64,000 nucleotides of DNA from Bdellovibrio sp. (GTDB lineage Bacteria > Bdellovibrionota > Bdellovibrionia > Bdellovibrionales > Bdellovibrionaceae), in assembly GCA_036677065.1 (NCBI GenBank), contig JAKFBS010000003.1:64001-128000 (forward strand). The letters run 5' to 3'. Shown here one piece after another: positions 57,270 to 64,000 of the stretch (the first letter of the stretch is position 1; each line of letters starts with the position of its first letter). The translations under genes were made by a program, and so were the position numbers. Under the pieces are notes generated by a model that saw only the letters and a program-made list of their open reading frames with translations, was not told the DNA's origin and searched no databases.

Positions 57270-58304
57270 ATGAATCAAATTCTATCGCAAAGTGAAGTTG
57301 ATGCCCTGTTAGCCGCAGTAAGTGACGGCGATCTTAGTAGCGGTGACTCGGCGTCTTCAGGCGGCGGTGGTTCTGGCGGATCATCTGGTGGCGGCGGTGG
57401 CGGCGGCCTTGTTGCTAAAGATAAAAATGTTATCGCCTATGATTTAACATCACAGGATAGAATTATTCGTGGTCGACTTCCGCAATTAGAAGTTATCTAC
57501 GAGAAATTCATGCGTGCGTTTCGTGTATCGTTATCATCAGCTTTAAGAAAAATTGCTTCTATTACTTTAACATCAACTGAGTTTATTAAATTCGGCGAGT
57601 TCATCAACACCCTCCCGATCCCAACGTGTATGAGCGTTTTACGTTTTAATAATCTTCGTGGATCGGCTTTATTCGTGATCGAAGCAAAACTGGCGTACGC
57701 GCTAGTGGATTCTTTTTTCGGTGGATCTGATCGTCCGTATTCTAAATTAGACGGTAAAGAGTTTACGCCGATTGAATTACAGATCGTTAAAAAAGTTGTA
57801 GAACTTGCGATCGGTGATTTAGAGCAAGCTTGGTCAACCATCGAAGTGATCGGTTGTTCGTTTCAACGTACCGAGATCAATCCCCAGTTCGTGGGTATCG
57901 TGCCTCCGACAGATGTGGTTATTGCATCTACGTTTGATGTCGAATTAGAAAACATCAATGGTACGGTTTCAATTGTTATTCCATACGCAACGATTGAGCC
58001 TATTAAACAAAAGTTATCAACGGGTTTCCAGGTGGAGTCAGATCAAACTGATAAAAAACTTTGGACTGCGATTATTAAAGAACAATTATTAGATACTGTT
58101 GTCGACATCAAAGTAAATCTTGGTGAAACACAAATCCAATTAAAAGATATGATGGGTCTTAAAGTAGGGGATGTAATTCCTTTAACGCAAGATTCATCGG
58201 GTGAATTAGATATCCAGGTCGAGGACGTGAAAAAGTTCAAAGGCTATTACGGAATTCACCACGGTACAGTAGCAGTTCAAGTAACAAGACAAATTGAAAA
58301 GTAA
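57270..58304 (+). CDS. fliM: Flagellar motor switch protein FliM
   Basis: ILSQSEVDALL CheY-binding motif, EINPQF, SpoA domain. Confidence 0.96.
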   Translation: MNQILSQSEVDALLAAVSDGDLSSGDSASSGGGGSGGSSGGGGGGGLVAKDKNVIAYDLTSQDRIIRGRLPQLEVIYEKFMRAFRVSLSSALRKIASITLTSTEFIKFGEFINTLPIPTCMSVLRFNNLRGSALFVIEAKLAYALVDSFFGGSDRPYSKLDGKEFTPIELQIVKKVVELAIGDLEQAWSTIEVIGCSFQRTEINPQFVGIVPPTDVVIASTFDVELENINGTVSIVIPYATIEPIKQKLSTGFQVESDQTDKKLWTAIIKEQLLDTVVDIKVNLGETQIQLKDMMGLKVGDVIPLTQDSSGELDIQVEDVKKFKGYYGIHHGTVAVQVTRQIEK

Positions 58305-58334
58305 TTTTTACGAAAGTAACACGGAGGAAACAAC

Positions 58335-58715
58335 ATGAGTAACGATCCAATGGATAAAGTGCTTGAACAGCTTGAAGAACAAGAGCTGGGCGGCGGAAGT
58401 AGCAATAGCGGTGGTGGTGGCGGTAATGGCTCATCAGCTGGCAATGCGACAAAAGACAGAAATCTAAATTTAATTTTAGATATTCCATTAAAAGTAACAG
58501 TAGAGCTTGGCCGCACAAAAATGCCGGTCAGTGAACTGCTTAACTTAACCCAAGGTTCAGTGATCGAGTTAATGAAGCTTGCCGGTGAACCAATGGAAGT
58601 TTTAGTAAATGAGAAATTGATCGCCCGCGGTGAAGCCGTGGTGGTGAATGAAAAATTCGGGGTTCGTTTGACGGACATCATCAGCCCGACAGAAAGAATC
58701 GAGCAATTAAAATGA
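58335..58715 (+). CDS. fliN: Flagellar motor switch protein FliN
   Basis: ILDIPLKVTVELGRT, IARGEAVVVNEKFGVR. Confidence 0.96.
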   Translation: MSNDPMDKVLEQLEEQELGGGSSNSGGGGGNGSSAGNATKDRNLNLILDIPLKVTVELGRTKMPVSELLNLTQGSVIELMKLAGEPMEVLVNEKLIARGEAVVVNEKFGVRLTDIISPTERIEQLK

Positions 58716-59356
58716 TGCAAAAAATAATTTTATCGGCATTCGTAGTTTTAACAGTGGCTTTTGCAAGTCTTGCACAGGCAGCTGAAGAAATGGCAACAAC
58801 AGCACAAGTAGCAACTACTGCTACTGAGGCTCAGCCTTTGTCAGTTGAAGTCACTAAAGCTACTCCAGAAAGTGAAATTCCGCTTAAATTGGAGAAAGCT
58901 ACAACTTCGCAAGAGCAAACTTCGCAATCTGGTAAATTATTTTTAACGTTATTTGTTTTAGTTGGGATGGGCGGCGCAGGTTTATTTTTAGCCAGAAAAT
59001 ACGCTTTCTCAAATAAAATTCACAAATCAAATACGCAGATCAAAGTTTTATCGCAACATCATTTAGGAGCGAAAAAATCATTAGCTATTATCCGTGTGGC
59101 TGGTGAATCAATCCTGATTGGTGTAACTGATCAAAATATTTCGATGATTAAATCATTATCATTAATTGATGATGAAGTTCCCGCTGAAGTCACTTCGCAA
59201 AGTTTTGCGGCAACAATGGCTTTAGGTGGCGGTGAACAGGTTGTGCAAAGTAAAGAAATCACTGAACTTGCTTCTGAAGTTGAAGATGATTTTTCTTTTG
59301 CCGGTATTAAATCAAATGTTTCGCAAAAACTTAAATCCATGAGGAATTTTCAATGA
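58712..59356 (+). CDS. fliO: Flagellar biosynthesis protein FliO
   Basis: TM then IKVLSQHHLGAKKSLAIIRVAGESILIGVT; between fliN and fliP. Confidence 0.9.
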   Translation: MMQKIILSAFVVLTVAFASLAQAAEEMATTAQVATTATEAQPLSVEVTKATPESEIPLKLEKATTSQEQTSQSGKLFLTLFVLVGMGGAGLFLARKYAFSNKIHKSNTQIKVLSQHHLGAKKSLAIIRVAGESILIGVTDQNISMIKSLSLIDDEVPAEVTSQSFAATMALGGGEQVVQSKEITELASEVEDDFSFAGIKSNVSQKLKSMRNFQ

Positions 59357-60099
59357 TTAAACGATTATCGGTCGTTGCATTCTTTCTTTCATTGCTGGTA
59401 GGCACTTGGGCTTATGCTCAGGTGACTTTACCGACTGTGAGCTTAGGATTTAATAACACAAAAAACCCGGGTGAAGTTGTAAACGCCATCAAATTAGTTT
59501 TGATGATGACAGTTTTAACTTTAGCACCGGCGATTTTAATTATGATGACGGGTTTTACCCGCATTTTAATCGTCTTGTCTTTTTTACGCCAAGCGATGGG
59601 TGTGCAGCAGTTGCCACCGAATCAACTTTTAGTTGGTTTAAGTTTATTTATCACATTTTTTGTGATGAATCCGGCAATCACTGAGATTAATCAAAAAGCT
59701 TTGCAGCCATATATGGCTGGCACGATCACCCAAGAGGCTGCTTTTGATAATGCCGTAACACCGTTACGTCGTTTTATGTTTTCACAAACGCGTGATGCCG
59801 ATTTAGCGTTATTCGTAAAATTATCTAAAACAGTGCAGCCAAAAACGCGTGCTGATGTGCCGACGTTAGTTTTAATCCCGGCATTTATTATTTCTGAATT
59901 AAAAACCGCTTTTATGATCGGTTTTATTATCTTTTTGCCATTCTTAATTATCGATATTTTAGCGGCAAGTGTGCTTATGTCGATGGGTATGATGATGGTT
60001 CCACCAGCGGTGATCGCGCTTCCGTTTAAGATCATGTTATTTGTAATGGTTGATGGATGGACGTTACTCATCGGTTCGATGGTAAGGAGTTTCGGTTAA
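59353..60099 (+). CDS. fliP: Flagellar export gate FliP
   Basis: FTRILIVL, PPNQ, PAFIISELKTAF, LPFKIMLFVMVDGW. Confidence 0.97.
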   Translation: MIKRLSVVAFFLSLLVGTWAYAQVTLPTVSLGFNNTKNPGEVVNAIKLVLMMTVLTLAPAILIMMTGFTRILIVLSFLRQAMGVQQLPPNQLLVGLSLFITFFVMNPAITEINQKALQPYMAGTITQEAAFDNAVTPLRRFMFSQTRDADLALFVKLSKTVQPKTRADVPTLVLIPAFIISELKTAFMIGFIIFLPFLIIDILAASVLMSMGMMMVPPAVIALPFKIMLFVMVDGWTLLIGSMVRSFG

Positions 60100-60374
60100 T
60101 GGGAGAAGATATAATTTTACAATTAGGACAAGATGCGCTTAAGACAACGGCGATGTTATCAGCACCATTGCTTTTAAGTACGCTCGTCATTGGTCTAGTC
60201 ATCAGTATTTTTCAGGCTTTAACTCAGATTAATGAAAATACGCTGACCTTTGTTCCTAAGATGATTGTCATTGCTATAGTGCTGATTTTAGCTGGCCCTT
60301 GGATGATGGATGTAATGAAAAATTACACTGTTAATTTATTCGAGAACATGGCCACAATCGTGAGGGAACCATAA
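60099..60374 (+). CDS. fliQ: Flagellar export gate FliQ
   Basis: FQALTQINENTLTFVPK; ATG 60099 coupled to fliP stop. Confidence 0.95.
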   Translation: MGEDIILQLGQDALKTTAMLSAPLLLSTLVIGLVISIFQALTQINENTLTFVPKMIVIAIVLILAGPWMMDVMKNYTVNLFENMATIVREP

Positions 60375-61159
60375 TGTTTTCAGTTTCGCAGCTGAATGAA
60401 GTTCAATTGATCGCCTTCGGACTAATTTTGCTCCGTATGTCGGGCTTTGTCTTTACGGCTGCGATTTTGAACTCTCAGTCGGTTTCAGCTCCGTTAAAAA
60501 TCTTGTTATCTTTAGTTTTAACAATGACCGTTTTTAATACGGTAGCGAACAACTCCGTTTTAGTAGAGCTGAATAGTTTAGAAGACACTTTGATAACCGT
60601 AGCTTTAAAAGAAATTTTTATCGGTGTATCGATTGGCTTTACGACGCGAATTTTCTTTTTTGCCATTGCTATGGCCGGCGAATTAATTTCAGTTTCGATG
60701 GGTTTAGGCCAAGCACAAATTTTTAATCCGATGATGGGTTCGATGGGTAATGTGATGGAGCAATTTTTCGTAGCTCTTGCGACTTTGCTTTATATGGGCT
60801 TAAACGGTCACCATTTCATGATTCAGGGGTTAACAAGTAGTTTTGAAGTGGTGCAGTTATCAACTGTGAGTATTAAGGCCCTTGGTTTTTATGAAGTGGC
60901 TAAGTACACACAGGAATTTTTTATTTTCGGAATCAAAATCGCAGCTCCGGTGATGATTTCAATGTTAGTTGTGCAAGTGGGCGTAGGTATTCTAAGCCGT
61001 GCGGTGCCGCAAATTAATGTGTTAATGACGGCAGCTCCGGTAACTATTTTATTAGGTTTTGCGATTTTATTTATTAGTTTACCGTTGATGGTTTTACAAC
61101 TGGGCGGGTTGTTAGAAGTTTCAACCGCAGAGTTATTTAAGTTTATAAAGATGATTTAG
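60374..61159 (+). CDS. fliR: Flagellar export gate FliR
   Basis: AGELISVSMGL, NGHH, RAVPQINV. Confidence 0.95.
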   Translation: MFSVSQLNEVQLIAFGLILLRMSGFVFTAAILNSQSVSAPLKILLSLVLTMTVFNTVANNSVLVELNSLEDTLITVALKEIFIGVSIGFTTRIFFFAIAMAGELISVSMGLGQAQIFNPMMGSMGNVMEQFFVALATLLYMGLNGHHFMIQGLTSSFEVVQLSTVSIKALGFYEVAKYTQEFFIFGIKIAAPVMISMLVVQVGVGILSRAVPQINVLMTAAPVTILLGFAILFISLPLMVLQLGGLLEVSTAELFKFIKMI

Positions 61160-61198
61160 TGAAAACTAAATCGAACTGATTCTAGGAAGGAATTAAGT

Positions 61199-62332
61199 TT
61201 GGCAGACGAAGGTCAAGACGACAAGACAGAACAGGCCACGGATAGCCGCCGGGAAGAATTCCGTAAGCGCGGACAAGTGGCTATGACCAGAGAACTGGGT
61301 ACAGCGCTAGTGTTTATAGCGACTGCGGGTCTATTGTATGCGATGTCTCGTTTTTTCTTTACCAATATCGCTGAAGTATTCAATGTGAGCTTCGGTTATT
61401 CGATGGTTAAATTTGCCAAAGCTGGTGAATTTAATGATCTATTATGGTTTGCCGGTGGTAAATTAGTTTTATTAATCAGCCCTGTTATGTTTGGGGCTTT
61501 AGTTATTGGTGTAGCATCAAACTTGATCCAAACCGGATTTTTACAAGTTGAAGATGCGTTAAGTATGAATCTTAGCCGATTAAATCCGTTATCAGCGATC
61601 GGCAGAATTTTTTCGATGAAGGGGCTTGGCGAATTAGTTAAATCCATGCTGAAGATGGTCGTGGTTGGTTGGACCATGTACTTGTTATTAAAATCTGAAA
61701 TAAACCAAATTCCTGTTTTATCCAGCTATGCTATCCCAGAAATTTTTGCTTATTTAGGGCGTGTTGTTTTTAAACTTTTAATGGGCACAGGCATCTTCAT
61801 GTTAGTGATCGCTATTGCGGATTACTTTTTTCAGCGCTGGCAGTTAGAGCGCGAAATGATGATGAGCAAACAAGAAATCAAAGAAGAACACAAATCGCGC
61901 GAGGGTGATCCGATGATCAAAGCGCGCATCCGTAAAATTCAACGTGAAATTTCACAACGTAAAATGATGCAAAATATTCCGAAAGCCGATGTGATCATCA
62001 CAAATCCGACGCACATTGCAGTAGCGTTACGTTATTCTGATAAATTGCCGGCGCCGCAACTTATCGGTAAGGGCGCTGACTTCATGGCTGAAAAAATTAA
62101 AGAATTAGCGCGCCTGCATAATATTCCGGTGATTGAAAATAAACCGCTGGCCCGCACCATTTTTAAAACGATGAAAGTGGGCCAAGTGATTCCGCGTGAA
62201 CTGTTTGTCGCGGTGGCTGAAATTTTATCTTATGTATTAAGACTTAAACGTAAACGCAAAGCGCGTAGAACTCAGAACACAGCGCAAAGACCACAAAGTA
62301 CTAGAACGAATAACCCAGGGCCTTTTGCCTAA
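61199..62332 (+). CDS. flhB: Flagellar export switch FlhB
   Basis: KTEQAT, EGDP, TNPTH autocleavage motif. Confidence 0.96.
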   Translation: MADEGQDDKTEQATDSRREEFRKRGQVAMTRELGTALVFIATAGLLYAMSRFFFTNIAEVFNVSFGYSMVKFAKAGEFNDLLWFAGGKLVLLISPVMFGALVIGVASNLIQTGFLQVEDALSMNLSRLNPLSAIGRIFSMKGLGELVKSMLKMVVVGWTMYLLLKSEINQIPVLSSYAIPEIFAYLGRVVFKLLMGTGIFMLVIAIADYFFQRWQLEREMMMSKQEIKEEHKSREGDPMIKARIRKIQREISQRKMMQNIPKADVIITNPTHIAVALRYSDKLPAPQLIGKGADFMAEKIKELARLHNIPVIENKPLARTIFKTMKVGQVIPRELFVAVAEILSYVLRLKRKRKARRTQNTAQRPQSTRTNNPGPFA

Positions 62333-62345
62333 GAAGGATTAGCAG

Positions 62346-64000
62346 ATGGAAGATATTTTTCAGTTTGTTAAAAGATTTGATAAGTACACTAAGAACACTG
62401 ACCTGTTCGTAGCGATTGCTATTTTAATTGTTTTAGGTGTGATGATTATCCCCATGCCGGCAATCATGTTAGATGTTGGGTTAACGCTTTCTTTAGCATT
62501 AAGCGTGTTAATTTTATTAACAGCGATTTATACGACAAAAGCCTTAGATTTTTCTTCGTTTCCGTCATTACTTTTAATGACGACTCTTTTTCGATTAGCA
62601 CTGAATGTCGCAACCACGCGTTTAATTTTGACTGATGGTCATCAGGGTGAAAAAGCGGCAGGGGCTGTGATTCATGCATTCGCCAGTGTGGTTGTGGGTG
62701 ACAGTTACGTTATTGGGCTTGTCGTGTTCGTGATCTTAGTTGTGATCAACTTCGTCGTAATCACCAAGGGTTCTGGGCGCGTGGCCGAAGTTGCTGCACG
62801 TTTCACATTAGATGCAATGCCAGGTAAACAAATGGCCATCGATGCAGAATTAAATGCCGGTGTTATTAATGAAGGCGAAGCTAAAAGACGTCGTAAAGAA
62901 ATTGAGCGCGAAGCTGACTTTTACGGATCGATGGATGGTGCCTCGAAATTCGTTCGTGGTGATGCTATTGCGGGTATTATTATTACTATCGTGAATGTTA
63001 TTGGTGGTTTATTAATCGGGGTTCTGCAAAAAGACTTAGATATCGCGACTGCGGCTAAGAACTACACGTTATTAACAATCGGTGATGGTTTATTAGCACA
63101 GATTCCCGCACTTATTATTTCAACTGCAGCCGGTATTATCGTAACCCGCAGTGGCAGTGAAGAAAACATGGGTGCTGAAGTTACGGGTCAGTTATTAACT
63201 AATCCAAAACCAATCTATGCTTCTGCCGGGGTGTTTGGTGTGTTAGCGATTATTCCTGGTTTGCCAACATTACCGTTTGTTGGAATGGGTATGGCGATGG
63301 CTGCTTTTGCCTGGGTTTTATCTCAGTACAAAAATGAAAAAGTTGTCGAAGAAAAAAGAAAAGCTGATCTTGAATTGGCGGCTCCTAGAAAAGAACAAAT
63401 TGATGGAGTTCAGGGCGTTGATATGCTTGAACTTGAAGTGGGTTATGGGCTAATTAAAGTTGTTGATTCAACTAAAGCCGGCGATTTATTAGAGCGTATT
63501 ACTTCAATCAGAAAACAATTTGCTTTAGATATGGGAATTCTGGTTCCAAGTATTCATATCAGAGATAATTTAACATTAGCTCCGGGTGAATACCGTTTTA
63601 TGATTAAAGGTAATAAAGTCGGCGGCGGAAACCTTAAACCAGACATGTTAATGGCGATGGATCCAGGTAATATCACAGCTAAAGTTGATGGGATTCCGAC
63701 AAAAGAGCCTGCATTCGGCCTGGATGCTTTATGGGTTAGCCAAAATAATAAAGAAACGGCTGAAATGGCCGGTTACACAGTGGTGGATCTTCCAACTGTG
63801 ATTGCGACACATTTAACTGAAATGATTCGTACGCATGCGCATGAATTATTAGGTCGCCAAGAGGCTTCTACATTAATTGATAATTTCAAAAAAACACATC
63901 CAAAAGTTGTCGAAGATCTTATTCCAGACACTTTATCTTTGGGTGGTGTGGTTAAAGTTATGCAAAACTTACTTAAAGAACAAGTTTCAATACGTGATTT
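62346..64000 (+). CDS. flhA: Flagellar export protein FlhA (truncated by window end; absent from ORF track)
   Basis: ATG 62346 MEDIFQF...; translates to FPSLLL, RVAEVAARFTLDAMPGKQMAIDA, FYGSMDGASKFVRGDAIAG. Confidence 0.96.
   Translation, partial: MEDIFQFVKRFDKYTKNTDLFVAIAILIVLGVMIIPMPAIMLDVGLTLSLALSVLILLTAIYTTKALDFSSFPSLLLMTTLFRLALNVATTRLILTDGHQGEKAAGAVIHAFASVVVGDSYVIGLVVFVILVVINFVVITKGSGRVAEVAARFTLDAMPGKQMAIDAELNAGVINEGEAKRRRKEIEREADFYGSMDGASKFVRGDAIAGIIITIVNVIGGLLIGVLQKDLDIATAAKNYTLLTIGDGLLAQIPALIISTAAGIIVTRSGSEENMGAEVTGQLLTNPKPIYASAGVFGVLAIIPGLPTLPFVGMGMAMAAFAWVLSQYKNEKVVEEKRKADLELAAPRKEQIDGVQGVDMLELEVGYGLIKVVDSTKAGDLLERITSIRKQFALDMGILVPSIHIRDNLTLAPGEYRFMIKGNKVGGGNLKPDMLMAMDPGNITAKVDGIPTKEPAFGLDALWVSQNNKETAEMAGYTVVDLPTVIATHLTEMIRTHAHELLGRQEASTLIDNFKKTHPKVVEDLIPDTLSLGGVVKVMQNLLKEQVSIRD

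Noticed and set aside
289..62679. Numerous short antisense or alternate-frame ORFs in the track (e.g. 1616, 6940, 14328, 18857, 56870, 58277, 59691, 62464)
   Set aside because: Shadows of well-supported genes on the other strand or frame, with no motifs

Overview
Chromosomal segment of an AT-rich bacterium. Gene content suggests a Bdellovibrionota predator (inference from the many secreted lipoproteins and proteases, a DUF507 pair, a stand-alone groES, and sigma54/FliA promoters). Housekeeping content: end of a flagellar hook operon (TIGR02530-like gene, flgE), livKHMGF, pfkA, HU, a KimA-like K+ transporter, yacG, acs, ileS-lspA-lgt, PBP1B, kamA-like, uvrD/pcrA, suhB and fliLMNOPQR-flhB-flhA (flhA runs off the window). 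The main discovery is a minus-strand cluster at 23996-30964. In order it holds a CHASE2-like histidine kinase, a consensus sigma54 promoter, a radical SAM/SPASM peptide maturase, an unannotated 31-aa precursor ORF (MKKHIKKIKPNTELAGPGKGGDPKEPCGPVA, 27593-27688), a CHASE2 histidine kinase and a sigma54-dependent response regulator. This is the architecture expected of an autoinducing, RiPP-based peptide signalling (quorum-sensing-like) circuit; the function is inferred, not shown. Other items: a GroES fused to a histone-H1-like Lys/Ala tail, a low-GC toxin-antitoxin plus lytic transglycosylase/lipoprotein islet, a recurring GTCTCA-N3-TGAGAC palindrome, a structured flgE leader and a repeat-rich candidate sRNA. 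No rRNA, tRNA, CRISPR array or transposase was seen.
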